DNA of 64,000 nucleotides from Lutispora sp. (lineage in GTDB: Bacteria > Bacillota > Clostridia > Lutisporales > Lutisporaceae), in NCBI RefSeq assembly GCF_041687175.1, contig NZ_JAWLCK010000001.1, positions 35,982 to 99,981 on the forward strand, in the 5' to 3' direction. This document shows, piece after piece, positions 8,722 through 18,428 of the stretch; the stretch's first letter is position 1, and every line of letters starts with the position of its first letter. The position numbers were made by a program, and so were the translations under genes. The notes below the pieces were generated by a model. The model saw only the letters and a list, made by a program, of their open reading frames with translations. It was not told where the DNA came from and did no database searches.

Positions 8722-10197
8722 CTATACCCTTATATCAAGGTAGCCTTCGTTAATATTATAGGGATTGTCATATACCATGATATTCTCCTCTAATTCCCCT
8801 TCCACATCACCGATGTATGCATTTCTTTTATTGCTGTTATTCCAAGCTCGTAAATTCTGATTTTCATATCCCCATCTGCCCTGGTTGCCTATAGACACAC
8901 TTAAGTTCTGTATATTAATTCCCTTCTGGTTTAAAGCATCCTTAAGCTCTGTAAAGTTAGATTCAATGGTTTCTTTCACTCTTTGATTTTCTGCGATGAA
9001 TCTTGCAGTTATTTCACCATTTTCCATAACCAGTCTTATAGTCAGTTTTCCCAAGGAATCGGGCTTCAGCTTTATTTTTATTTCAGAAATACTTTCATCA
9101 TTAATAACTTCACTGATTTCGAGGATTTGACCGAATAACTCTTCCCTATTAATGAACTCGGTTTTATTAATAGTAGAACTCTTTTGCAAGGATTCCGATG
9201 TGTTAGCAACATCGAAGTCTTTTCCATCTATTGCTGAGTATTCAGTTCCCATATTGTTTATTTGATTATTTAAATCATCATATGTATCTACAAATTCTAT
9301 GTCCTTTAACTTCACCTTTAATCCATTTTGTGTATAGGCATCCTCAATTAAATCAGATTTATTATTTAGCTTGGTCTCAATATCCTTTATTTCTTCCTCT
9401 TTTGCTTCAGTAATGTGACTATTTGCTTCATCTACTTCCAATGCTTTGGCAGTTTTAGCTTGACTATTTTTCATAGCTACATCCAAAATCTTTGTATTGT
9501 TCCATTTCTCATTTTTATCAGGCTTTTTTAATTCTTTGTCATTGGCGGGTAATAAGCTGTAATAATCTTGTTCATCTGCTAGAAAAGTTTCATCCAGTTC
9601 TAAAGTTTTAATCATTTCAATTGCCTTATCAATCTCTGCTTTCCCTATTAGCTCATTATTTTGGATGATGGTGGATATTTTTTCTATTAAATCAACCTCT
9701 GTTATCTTAACATTATCTAAATGATTGATCTCATTAAAAAGAGTCTCCCTAACCTCTTTTATATCCTGTTGTTCCAAGTTCAACAATCCAGCCATCATAG
9801 TCAGAATTGAGTCAGTCAAGCTTTTTACTTCTGTCTCAATGTCTTTTGAATCTATACCCATCTCTGAAGTCTCTTTATCCTTCACTGTAATCTCTCTGCT
9901 TGTATCTGTCCCATATACAGGATATCTTTGCTCATTCCCAAGCTTTAGCCCCTTATTTTTTTTGCTATCTTCACCTCTATACGTTGATATATCTACATCA
10001 TTATAGCTGCTATCATCATTTTGAGATAGTCTTCGTTCTTTAGGCTGCTGTAAATTTTTTCTATGTTCCAGGGCTTTCTCCATAATTGTTTTGTAGTCAG
10101 TGTTATTGATATCTAGATTTGGTTTAAAGCTTATTTTATTATTGATAGGTTTGCTACTAATTAAGCCTGAAAAATCTATCATGTTCAACTCTATCAC
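8722..10197 (-). CDS. fliK: Flagellar hook-length control protein FliK
   Basis: 491 aa with a long, acidic, low-complexity N-terminal 'ruler'. C-terminal Flg_hook-type domain (IKIKLKPDSLGKLTIRLVMENGEITARFIAENQRVKETIESNFTELKDALNQKGINIQNLSV). Sits upstream of flgD. Confidence 0.85.
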   Translation of the reverse strand: MIELNMIDFSGLISSKPINNKISFKPNLDINNTDYKTIMEKALEHRKNLQQPKERRLSQNDDSSYNDVDISTYRGEDSKKNKGLKLGNEQRYPVYGTDTSREITVKDKETSEMGIDSKDIETEVKSLTDSILTMMAGLLNLEQQDIKEVRETLFNEINHLDNVKITEVDLIEKISTIIQNNELIGKAEIDKAIEMIKTLELDETFLADEQDYYSLLPANDKELKKPDKNEKWNNTKILDVAMKNSQAKTAKALEVDEANSHITEAKEEEIKDIETKLNNKSDLIEDAYTQNGLKVKLKDIEFVDTYDDLNNQINNMGTEYSAIDGKDFDVANTSESLQKSSTINKTEFINREELFGQILEISEVINDESISEIKIKLKPDSLGKLTIRLVMENGEITARFIAENQRVKETIESNFTELKDALNQKGINIQNLSVSIGNQGRWGYENQNLRAWNNSNKRNAYIGDVEGELEENIMVYDNPYNINEGYLDIRV

Positions 10198-10218
10198 CCC
10201 CTTTCACCTTTATTTATG

Positions 10219-10833
10219 TTAATTGATGCCTTCTGGTTCCCCAATTTCTTCTAATATTTGGGCTGCATGCAATGGATCCATGAGCATCAAAATTGAACTG
10301 CTTTTTTCCTTTTTCATATTTCTTATTATTTGCACTACTGTATCCTTGCTTTCCATATTTGATAATATTTGCACTGCCTTTGATGAGTCCATCTTTTCTA
10401 GATATTCTACTTGTTCAGCAATACTGCTCAAACTAGTGTTTACTCTTTCAAGTTTTTCTTCTAATTCGGTCTCCCTTTCCTTCAAATATTCTTCCTTGCT
10501 TGCCAGTTCATTCGCTTTCTCTTCCAGTTCTTTTTCTTTTTCGTTTAGCAGCTTTTTTGCTGTTTCCAAATCATTTTTTTCCTTTTTAATCATATCTAGC
10601 TGTATTTCTTCCGGTGTTTTATTTTCAGCAACAGGTTTAATAACATTGCCAATCACAGGCCAAGTTGACATATAGTTTAATATTGAAGATTTTGCTCCTC
10701 CTATATTGAATAATAGTATACCTCCCACGACAATTATTGTTGTTAAAAGTATTATCGTCAATATTAGGAAGAAATTTTGCAGCTTGATATTCTTTTTTGT
10801 AGTTTTTATATTCTTTTTCTCAACCTGCTGCAT
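10219..10833 (-). CDS. Flagellar-operon protein with TM, coiled coil and MgtE-N-like domain (YlxF-like)
   Basis: TM (FFLILTIILLTTIIVVGGILLF), E/K-rich coiled coil, then AVQILSNMESKDTVVQIIRNM.....ILMLMDPLHAAQILEEI, which resembles the MgtE intracellular N domain. Start moved to ATG 10833 (GGAGGGTG SD 7 nt upstream); the ORF-track ATG at 10848 overlaps the fliJ stop. Confidence 0.7.
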   Translation of the reverse strand: MQQVEKKNIKTTKKNIKLQNFFLILTIILLTTIIVVGGILLFNIGGAKSSILNYMSTWPVIGNVIKPVAENKTPEEIQLDMIKKEKNDLETAKKLLNEKEKELEEKANELASKEEYLKERETELEEKLERVNTSLSSIAEQVEYLEKMDSSKAVQILSNMESKDTVVQIIRNMKKEKSSSILMLMDPLHAAQILEEIGEPEGIN

Positions 10834-10847
10834 AATGTCACCCTCCA

Positions 10848-11297
10848 TTACTTCCTGCTTTCCTTATATGATACTATTTCTTCAATATTCTTTTCATATT
10901 TGCGCTGCTCACCAGCTTGAAAACTGTTATAATATACTTCATTTAATTTTTCCATTGTTTTTTTGTTTTGCATAGCTTTTATAAGCTCCTGTCTGCTTTT
11001 TTTTACTTCTTCTTCTGCCTTGATAACTGAGTTAGTTTTATGTTTAATTCCTTCTCTATAAAATACCTGTTCCTCATAAATATCTCTTAATTCTGCGATT
11101 GTAGTTCCATTGCTTGCCTTCTGATACAGTATGTGATTGCTGTTGTTCAATCGGTCATATAACTTGTTAAGATCTTCCTTCTCTCTTTGGTATCTTTTTA
11201 TGCTTATGCTTAACTTACTCTTCTTTTGATCCTCCATGCTCTTTCTATACTCAAGCACCTTTTGAAACTTAAACTTATATGTTGCCAAAACAATCAC
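10848..11297 (-). CDS. fliJ: Flagellar export chaperone FliJ
   Basis: 149-aa all-helical protein, YKFKFQKVLEYRK...., typical of the FliJ N-terminus. Sits immediately after fliI. Start is GTG at 11297 or TTG at 11288. Confidence 0.8.
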   Translation of the reverse strand: MIVLATYKFKFQKVLEYRKSMEDQKKSKLSISIKRYQREKEDLNKLYDRLNNSNHILYQKASNGTTIAELRDIYEEQVFYREGIKHKTNSVIKAEEEVKKSRQELIKAMQNKKTMEKLNEVYYNSFQAGEQRKYEKNIEEIVSYKESRK

Positions 11298-12620
11298 CTA
11301 ACTCAATATTTTTTCCATAATATGTATAGAATCCTCAAAGCTTACTTTCTCATTTGTAGGTTGGGTTAGAAATTGATTTATACTATCTATCTTATCTATA
11401 GCTAAATCAATTTTTTTATTGCTTCCTTTTTGATAGGCCCCTAAATTTATTAAGTCTTCCGCATCTTTATATATAGATAATATCTTCTTAATCTCATTTG
11501 CTAAATCATGGTGGTGGTTATCTACTATATTGGTCATTAATCTGCTTACACTTGCAAGAATGTCAATGGAAGGGTAATGATTTCTATTGGCCAAAAGTCT
11601 AGATAAAACAATGTGTCCATCTAGAATTCCGCGAACTGCATCTGTTATTGGTTCATTCATATCATCACCATCAACAAGCACAGTATAAAAAGCTGTAATA
11701 GAACCTTTATCAGATGTGCCTGTTCTCTCAAGAAGCTTTGGCAGCACTGAAAATACTGATGGTGTAAATCCTCTTGATACAGGAGGTTCACCAATAGAAA
11801 GTCCTATTTCCCTTTGAGCCATAGCAAACCTGGTAAGGGAGTCCATCATGAGCAAAACATCCTTACCCTGATCTCTAAAATATTCTGCTATGGTTGTAGC
11901 AACATAGGCTGATTTTAATCTAATTAAAGGAGGTTGATCTGAAGTGGCTACAACAACTACAGATCTTCTTAAGCCCTCCTCTTGTAAATCATTTTTTATA
12001 AACTCATTAACCTCTCTTCCTCTTTCACCGATTAAGCATATTACATTGATGTCAGCAGTTGTATTCCTTGCAATCATGCCAAGCAATGTGCTTTTACCCA
12101 CACCACTTCCAGCAAAAATACCTATTCTTTGTCCTCTTCCAATGGTCAATAATCCATCAATAGCTTTGATACCTATAGGAAGGGGTGTATTGATAATGCT
12201 CCTACAAAGCGGATCTGGAGGTTCATTGTATATTGAATACAATGAGCTGTCTTCAATAGCTCCTTTGCCATCCATAGGCTGCCCTAATCCATCAATAATC
12301 CTGCCCAATAGACTATTGCTGACAGGAACATGCATACTTTTGCCAGTTGCTACAACTTGACTTCCAGGACCTATTCCATCTAAAGATCCTAAGGGCATTA
12401 AACTGACAATGTTTCCTCTAAATCCTACCACTTCCGCCAAAACAGTTTTATTATCTTTTACATTTACAATAGTACACAATTCATTTAAATTGACAGCAGG
12501 ACCTACAGATTCTATAGTAAGTCCTATTACTTGAGATACTCTTCCGCTGTATCTAATAAAATCTTTAGTGTTTATTAGTTTCTTATATTTGGATAAGTCA
12601 AGACTCATCAAAACTACCAC
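11298..12620 (-). CDS. fliI: Flagellum-specific ATPase FliI
   Basis: Walker A GSGVGKSTLLGMI, Walker B DVLLMMDSLTRFA, F1/T3SS ATPase family throughout. The probable true start is ATG at 12608 (MSLDLSKY), just after the fliH stop. Confidence 0.95.
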   Translation of the reverse strand: MVVLMSLDLSKYKKLINTKDFIRYSGRVSQVIGLTIESVGPAVNLNELCTIVNVKDNKTVLAEVVGFRGNIVSLMPLGSLDGIGPGSQVVATGKSMHVPVSNSLLGRIIDGLGQPMDGKGAIEDSSLYSIYNEPPDPLCRSIINTPLPIGIKAIDGLLTIGRGQRIGIFAGSGVGKSTLLGMIARNTTADINVICLIGERGREVNEFIKNDLQEEGLRRSVVVVATSDQPPLIRLKSAYVATTIAEYFRDQGKDVLLMMDSLTRFAMAQREIGLSIGEPPVSRGFTPSVFSVLPKLLERTGTSDKGSITAFYTVLVDGDDMNEPITDAVRGILDGHIVLSRLLANRNHYPSIDILASVSRLMTNIVDNHHHDLANEIKKILSIYKDAEDLINLGAYQKGSNKKIDLAIDKIDSINQFLTQPTNEKVSFEDSIHIMEKILS

Positions 12621-13360
12621 TCATTCCTCAATGCAAAATAAAAAGCTTTTTGTAATTGCTCAAGCTGAAGTTCAATGCTTGAGTTGACTTCTCCTGATGG
12701 TGTGTCTACAATACAATCACCTTTTTTTAAAAACTTGTCTTCGATTATTTCCAACTCTGATATTCCTTCAACCAATGATTCAATAATATGCTTCTTAACG
12801 AGCACATTAGGATAATCTTCACTGCTAACTTTTATAGCCACTTTATCCCTATATGTACATTTTTCAAGTGCTATCTTTATTTGTGAGATAATTATATCCT
12901 TGTTTTGCTGAATCTCATTTCCTATTATCTTTTTTACCGAATTCAAAATGAGTTCGACTATTTCTTCTTCAGCTTCCCTATATATGCTCTCTTTTCTATC
13001 ATCTAGAGATTTTTTAATGCTCTGAGCTTCTTTTATAATATCTTTGGTTTTTGCCTTCGCTTCTTCATATCCCTTGTTAAAACCCTTTTTGTATGCTTCC
13101 TCCAATTCTTTTTTCTTAAGTTCTTCCATTTCATCATATTTCTCTTTAATAATTCTATTTGCTTCCTCATTAGCTTCTTTTAATATACTAGCATACATCT
13201 CACGGGCTTCTTTGATGATTCTGTCATACTCACTGGAATCATTCTTGTCATCTATACTCTCATCATTCTTAACTATATCTAGTTTTATGTTTTCTACCTT
13301 GTTTATCAGTGGCTTAGGCATACCAATACTTACTTTTTGAGATTTATATACTTTATACAA
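12614..13360 (-). CDS. fliH: Flagellar assembly protein FliH
   Basis: 248 aa with a charged coiled-coil N-terminal half and a FliH/YscL-like C-terminus (EIIEDKFLKKGDCIVDTPSGEVNSSIELQLEQL). Sits between fliG and fliI. Confidence 0.85.
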   Translation of the reverse strand: MYKVYKSQKVSIGMPKPLINKVENIKLDIVKNDESIDDKNDSSEYDRIIKEAREMYASILKEANEEANRIIKEKYDEMEELKKKELEEAYKKGFNKGYEEAKAKTKDIIKEAQSIKKSLDDRKESIYREAEEEIVELILNSVKKIIGNEIQQNKDIIISQIKIALEKCTYRDKVAIKVSSEDYPNVLVKKHIIESLVEGISELEIIEDKFLKKGDCIVDTPSGEVNSSIELQLEQLQKAFYFALRNEW

Positions 13361-14369
13361 TTATCTCATCGCCTCCACCTCTAGATATTACAATTTCTCC
13401 TGCATCCTCAAGCTTTCTAATAACATTTACAATTTTCTGCTGTGCCTCTTCTACATCTCTTAATCTAACAGGTCCCATAAACTCCATGTCTTCCTTTATC
13501 ATTTCAGCTAATCGTTTTGACATGTTAGAGAATACTGCTTTAGATACTTCTTCACTTGAACTCTTTAATGCAAGTGCCCAATCTCCGTTTTCAACTTCCC
13601 TGATAACCCTTTGAATAGATCGATTATCAAGGGTGATAATATCTTCAAATACAAACATTCTCTTCTTGATCTCTTCTGCCAGTTCAATATCCTGTAGTTC
13701 AAGAGTTTCCATAATATTCTTTTCTGTACCTCTATCTACAGTATTCAATATATCAACTACTGCCTGAATACCACCTGTAGATGTATAATCTTGGCTGATC
13801 ATTGAAGATAACTTTTTCTCTAATACTCTTTCTATTTCTTTTATTACTTCAGGTGATGTCCTGTCCATCATTGCTATCCTTCTTGTTACATCAGACTGCT
13901 TGTCCGGAGAAAGTGCAGACAATATTGCCGAAGCTTGCTGAGGTTTTAGATATGAAAGAATAAGTGCAATGGTTTGGGGATGCTCGCCTTGTATAAAGTT
14001 CAAAAGCTGGGAAGGATCTGCTTTTCTTACAAAGTCAAAGGGTCTTACCTGCAGAGAAGCCGTCAGTTTATTTATCACCTCTAAAGCCTTTTGATTTCCA
14101 AGAGCTCTTTCTAAAATTTCTTTAGCATAGGATATACCACCTTCTGATATATACTCCTGGGCTAAGCATATCTGATAGAATTCATTAAGAACTTCTTCTT
14201 TATCATCAGGAGCAACAGTCCTCATATTTGCAATTTCCAGAGTTAGCTGCTCAATATCTTCTTCTTTTAAATGCTTAAACACTTGAGCAGATTTCTCAGG
14301 ACCAATTGCTATGAGCAAAATAGCCGCTTTCTGTAACCCACTGAATTGACCCTTGCCTGTCCTGCTCAT
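13353..14369 (-). CDS. fliG: Flagellar motor switch protein FliG
   Basis: LQKAAILLIAIGPEKSAQVFKHL N-terminus, and torque-helix region MSKRLAEMIKEDMEFMGPVRLRDVEEAQQKIVNVIRKLEDAGEI. Confidence 0.95.
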   Translation of the reverse strand: MSRTGKGQFSGLQKAAILLIAIGPEKSAQVFKHLKEEDIEQLTLEIANMRTVAPDDKEEVLNEFYQICLAQEYISEGGISYAKEILERALGNQKALEVINKLTASLQVRPFDFVRKADPSQLLNFIQGEHPQTIALILSYLKPQQASAILSALSPDKQSDVTRRIAMMDRTSPEVIKEIERVLEKKLSSMISQDYTSTGGIQAVVDILNTVDRGTEKNIMETLELQDIELAEEIKKRMFVFEDIITLDNRSIQRVIREVENGDWALALKSSSEEVSKAVFSNMSKRLAEMIKEDMEFMGPVRLRDVEEAQQKIVNVIRKLEDAGEIVISRGGGDEIIV

Positions 14370-14383
14370 ACCATCACTCCCTC

Positions 14384-16075
14384 TTATTCCTCATTCAACC
14401 AAGTTTTTAGCAACTGCGCTACTTGCTCCGGCTTCTGGGAAACAAACTTCTCGACCTTTTTCTTTACTTCATTTCTGTCCTCTAAGTCAATATCACTTAA
14501 TTCTGAAGCCTCTTCTATTTTACTTAAAGCAATTCCAATATCATCTTCGACTTCTTCTTTCTTGCTTCTTTTCATCAGAACTATCATAGCTCCCCCAAAC
14601 ACCAATATGGCAGCTATGGCAGCACCTAGCATTAATAACATTTGATTCCTTTTTTGCTCAGCCTCTTTGGCTATTGCATTCTCCACCTGATCCTTTAATG
14701 TGGTATCAAAATCCATAGCCATAACATGAATATTTTCTGTTATATTTATATTTGATTCATCTGCTTTATTTACAACTAAACCTTCAACAGCTTTTATTGC
14801 TAGAGCTTTTATATTTTCTTTTTCTTCATCGTCAATAGTTAAAGTAGGATCATATAAATCGTCATTTGGATTATTTAACATTTTTTCAATATCTATTAAA
14901 GACATTTTTTTAAACTTTTCATCAGACAACTTCAATCTAAGTGCTTTTCTCTCTATTTTGGCATTATTATCAATTAATATAGATAATGACAAATTCTCAA
15001 TATATCCTTTTTCCTTAACAATTTGGTTGTGAATCTCGTTTATCTCATAATTTACTATTCTGCTGGATTCACTATAAGTTGATTCTGATTCGTCTATTTG
15101 TTCATATGTTGGAATTTCAATATTGCTATCAGTCCCTGGTACACCGCCAGTGCCAGTATTAGTCGATTCCTTATTGGTTTCTTCCATGCTTCTTATAAGT
15201 CCAGCATTATCATCACTATTATCTGGTGCTTCAAACTTTTTTTCAGTTTTTACTTCTTCACTAAAATTGAGCTTCACAGTGGCCATAACATTAACATTAC
15301 CAACCCCATAGACTGATTCTAAAAACTTTTTAATGCTGTTTTGTATATTTATCCTAGTAGCTTCTTGTATCTCCATCTGCGTATTAACCTTAGCATTGAA
15401 AGCCATCCCTTCCGTCTTTAAGGATCGACCGGTCTCATCAATTATAGATATGTTTTCTTCTTTTAATCCTTTCACGCTTTTAGATATGTACTGAGCAATT
15501 CCATCAACTTGGGCTTGATCCAGACCAGGATATCCGGCTTTAGTCTTAACAATCACACTGGCGCTGGATTCCTGTTTATTGCTCTCCAAAACAAATACAT
15601 TGTCATCTGGAATAAATAAGTTTACCTGTGCCCATTCAACACCATCCAAAGATTTTATTCCATTGGCTATGATGTTTTGCATGTATATTAATTCTCTCAT
15701 CCTTTTATCTTGGGATGTATCATTAAAAGAAGATTTAAGCATTTCAGGAAACACGATGTCGTTCTGAGGTAGACCTTCCATCGCAAGGTTTATCCTTGCT
15801 TCATCCACTTTTTCCTTGGGCACTAGTATAGTAGTTCCATCAACTTTAACAGGGATTCTCATTTCCTCTAGCTTGTTCCTTATTTCACCTGCATCCTTAG
15901 CATCAAGATTTGGATACAAAACCTGATACCTTGGCATAGATGAAAATACGCCTATGCTAGCTATAAGCAATATTGATATTATAGATATAATTGCAATTCT
16001 TATTTTTTGTCCTTTATCAAGTCCCTGCCAAAACTCATTCAGGTTATCCCTCATTTTCTTGATTGCCTCACCCAT
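14384..16075 (-). CDS. fliF: Flagellar MS-ring protein FliF
   Basis: 563 aa with an N-terminal TM (IAIISIISILLIASIGVF), YscJ/FliF ring-building domains, a second TM (LLMLGAAIAAILVFGGAMIVL) and a C-terminal FliG-binding tail. Confidence 0.93.
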   Translation of the reverse strand: MGEAIKKMRDNLNEFWQGLDKGQKIRIAIISIISILLIASIGVFSSMPRYQVLYPNLDAKDAGEIRNKLEEMRIPVKVDGTTILVPKEKVDEARINLAMEGLPQNDIVFPEMLKSSFNDTSQDKRMRELIYMQNIIANGIKSLDGVEWAQVNLFIPDDNVFVLESNKQESSASVIVKTKAGYPGLDQAQVDGIAQYISKSVKGLKEENISIIDETGRSLKTEGMAFNAKVNTQMEIQEATRINIQNSIKKFLESVYGVGNVNVMATVKLNFSEEVKTEKKFEAPDNSDDNAGLIRSMEETNKESTNTGTGGVPGTDSNIEIPTYEQIDESESTYSESSRIVNYEINEIHNQIVKEKGYIENLSLSILIDNNAKIERKALRLKLSDEKFKKMSLIDIEKMLNNPNDDLYDPTLTIDDEEKENIKALAIKAVEGLVVNKADESNINITENIHVMAMDFDTTLKDQVENAIAKEAEQKRNQMLLMLGAAIAAILVFGGAMIVLMKRSKKEEVEDDIGIALSKIEEASELSDIDLEDRNEVKKKVEKFVSQKPEQVAQLLKTWLNEE

Positions 16076-16094
16076 TTAATCAATCACCTCTCAA

Positions 16095-16388
16095 TTAAAT
16101 GGACATGCGCATAATCTCGTTATATGCATCTAAAATCTTGTTTCTTACTTGTAATGTAAACTGAAGTGCTAATTCTGCTTTTTGTGATGCTATGACAACC
16201 TGATGAACATTATCTATATTTCCAGCTACTAATTGATTATTTAAATTCTGGGACTCTAATTGTAATTGATTAACTTTTTGAATACTATCTTTCAACATCT
16301 CACTGAAAGACAAATTATTTTTATTATCACTACTGCCTAATGTATCAAGAAGCTTTAAATTATTCGTATTAATAAAATCTATTCTCAA
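16095..16388 (-). CDS. fliE: Flagellar hook-basal body complex protein FliE
   Basis: 97 aa, FSEMLKDSI..VN......N.....AGNIDNVHQVVIASQKAELALQFTLQVRNKILDAYNEIMRM, the FliE signature. Confidence 0.92.
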   Translation of the reverse strand: MRIDFINTNNLKLLDTLGSSDNKNNLSFSEMLKDSIQKVNQLQLESQNLNNQLVAGNIDNVHQVVIASQKAELALQFTLQVRNKILDAYNEIMRMSI

Positions 16389-16403
16389 AGTTCTATCCTC
16401 CCG

Positions 16404-16847
16404 CTATATTCTACCTATTTCAAGAGCTTTCATGACCATGCTCTTTGTAGAATTTATTGAAGTGACATTAGCTTCATATGCTCTTGTGGCTGAAATCATA
16501 TTAACCATTTCTACCATAATATCTACATTAGGCATCTTTACATATCCATTTTCATCTGCATCTGGATGGCCAGGACTGTATACTAATTTAAATTCAGATT
16601 TATCTTCAATAATTCCACTTACCTTAACACCTGACTTTATTACATTTCCTTGAGCAATTGATAAATAACTGCTAAAAGGCTTTTCTATATCCGCTTCTTT
16701 GAATATGACCATTTTTCTTCTATAAGGTAACCCATTAGATGTTCTGGTAGTATTTGCATTAGCGATATTTTGTGATATAATATCCATTCTAAGTCTTTCG
16801 GCTGTCAATCCTGAAGCACTAATATTTATTGAATCAAATAAACCCAA
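16404..16847 (-). CDS. flgC: Flagellar proximal rod protein FlgC
   Basis: INISASGLTAERLRMDIISQNIANANTT at the N-terminus and ISATRAYEANVTSINSTKSMVMKALEIG at the C-terminus. Confidence 0.95.
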   Translation of the reverse strand: MGLFDSINISASGLTAERLRMDIISQNIANANTTRTSNGLPYRRKMVIFKEADIEKPFSSYLSIAQGNVIKSGVKVSGIIEDKSEFKLVYSPGHPDADENGYVKMPNVDIMVEMVNMISATRAYEANVTSINSTKSMVMKALEIGRI

Positions 16848-16853
16848 AATACC

Positions 16854-17261
16854 CTACCTCCCTTCATTAATTGCCTGTTTAATCAAGCCAAGCTCTTTGG
16901 ATAACTGATTTGATAATATATTGTATTGTAATGAATTCTTGGCCAATTCTGCGTTTTCTTCATCAATATCTACATTATTACCGTCTCTTCTCATAGAAGT
17001 GCTTAAATCTCTTCTGACTATTATTTCATTTGATAAAAGCCTATCTTTACCAATAGGCAGAAATTTAGGATTTTTATGTATAGATGCAATATGGAACTGG
17101 CTTTTCTTTTCATTAAGTGATGCTTCAAAATATACTTTAAACTTCTTATACCCAGGAGTCTCTGCATTTGCTATATTATTTGATATTACTTCGTTCTTAA
17201 CCCAGCATGCATCCAAAGCTCTTTCTAACAAACCAGTTTGTCGGTTAATTTTATCTATCAT
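16854..17261 (-). CDS. flgB: Flagellar proximal rod protein FlgB
   Basis: LERALDACWVKNEVISNNIANAETPGYK at the N-terminus and a NSLQYN...L C-terminal rod motif. First gene after the codY intergenic region, as in Bacillus. Confidence 0.93.
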   Translation of the reverse strand: MIDKINRQTGLLERALDACWVKNEVISNNIANAETPGYKKFKVYFEASLNEKKSQFHIASIHKNPKFLPIGKDRLLSNEIIVRRDLSTSMRRDGNNVDIDEENAELAKNSLQYNILSNQLSKELGLIKQAINEGR

Positions 17262-17584
17262 TGAACCATCCCCTTATATTTCCTAAATATTTTTACTTCG
17301 ACACAAATTATGGTTTTCCTTTAAGTAAACAGAATATAATAGTATAATTTTCGATATAATTAATAATATAATGATAAAATACATTATTATACGATAAATT
17401 TCAACTTATATTCTATTATAAATATTTTATTTTATCGAGTAAATGGTCGCAAAGTTCTATTTATTTTACAAAATAATGCAAATAATACATTTTCCAATAA
17501 GCTTTATTGGCATTTTTTGGAAAAAATAAAAGAATATTATTTAATCAGATGGTGTTTGCAATAAAATATGAGAGTATTTTATAC

Positions 17585-17626
17585 AATAAAAAAGTAAGAT
17601 AGATTTGCTCTATCTTACTTTTTTAT
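17585..17626 (-). terminator. Rho-independent terminator after codY (A/T-flanked, potentially bidirectional)
   Basis: AAGTAAGATAGA-tttgc-TCTATCTTACTT, a 12-bp stem. It is followed on the minus strand by TTTTTATTG, 8 nt after the codY stop. Confidence 0.8.
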
Positions 17627-17633
17627 AAATGCT

Positions 17634-18410
17634 TTATCCAAGTTTTTTCAGCTCATCAATCAGTTTATCATTCAATATTTTTATATGGGTTCCTTTCATT
17701 CCTAAAGACCTAGACTCAATAACTCCTGCACTTTCAAATTTTCTTAAGGCATTTACTATTACCGATCTTGTGATCCCAACTTTATCAGCTATTTTGCTTG
17801 CTACTAGTAAACCTTCGTTTCCACCTAACTCTTTAAATATGTGTTCTACTGCTTCAAGTTCTGAATAGGACAATGTGCTTATTGCCATTTGTACTACTGC
17901 TTTTTTCCTTGCTTCCTCTTCTATTTCCTCTTGTTTAGAGCGAAGCATTTCCATGCCTACAACTGTTGCTGAATATTCCATCACTACCAAGTCTTCTTCG
18001 ATAAACTTATCTTCAAACTTACCTAGCATAATGGTACCTAATCTTTCCCCACTGCCATAGACTGGAACAATTGTAGAATATCTAAAGTCCATGGTGCATA
18101 CTTTGCTATTATCTACTACACAAAGATTATCCGTCTTTTCAATATTTGCTTGTGTTTCTGTAACACTCAGTAATCTATCATTATAGTCATCGGGAAATTT
18201 CCTGTCTGCTAGTATTTCATTATTGACAATGCTACACTCCATAGCTCTACAGAGGCCATAGCCTAGAACCCTGCCTTTTTTGCTTATGATATACACATTT
18301 GCATTCAAAACTTCGCTTATTATGCTGCATAGTTCTTTAAAAGATACAGGTTGTGGCCCTGTCATTTGTAATACTTTATTAACTTTCCTTACTTTCTCCA
18401 ATAATGTCAT
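17634..18410 (-). CDS. codY: GTP/BCAA-sensing pleiotropic repressor CodY
   Basis: LLEKVRKVN......, a GAF-like N domain, and the w[47 protein letters not shown]. Sits downstream of hslU. Confidence 0.96.
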   Translation of the reverse strand: MTLLEKVRKVNKVLQMTGPQPVSFKELCSIISEVLNANVYIISKKGRVLGYGLCRAMECSIVNNEILADRKFPDDYNDRLLSVTETQANIEKTDNLCVVDNSKVCTMDFRYSTIVPVYGSGERLGTIMLGKFEDKFIEEDLVVMEYSATVVGMEMLRSKQEEIEEEARKKAVVQMAISTLSYSELEAVEHIFKELGGNEGLLVASKIADKVGITRSVIVNALRKFESAGVIESRSLGMKGTHIKILNDKLIDELKKLG

Positions 18411-18428
18411 TCAAAAATTCCTCCTACT

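Noticed and set aside
17295-17323. A sigma-D-like promoter (TAAA-N17-GTCGAAGT) about 35 nt upstream of flgB.
   Set aside because: It matches only about 4 of 7 positions in the -10 element and the spacing is off by about 2 nt from the consensus I recall (TAAA-N15-GCCGATAT). That is too weak to call.
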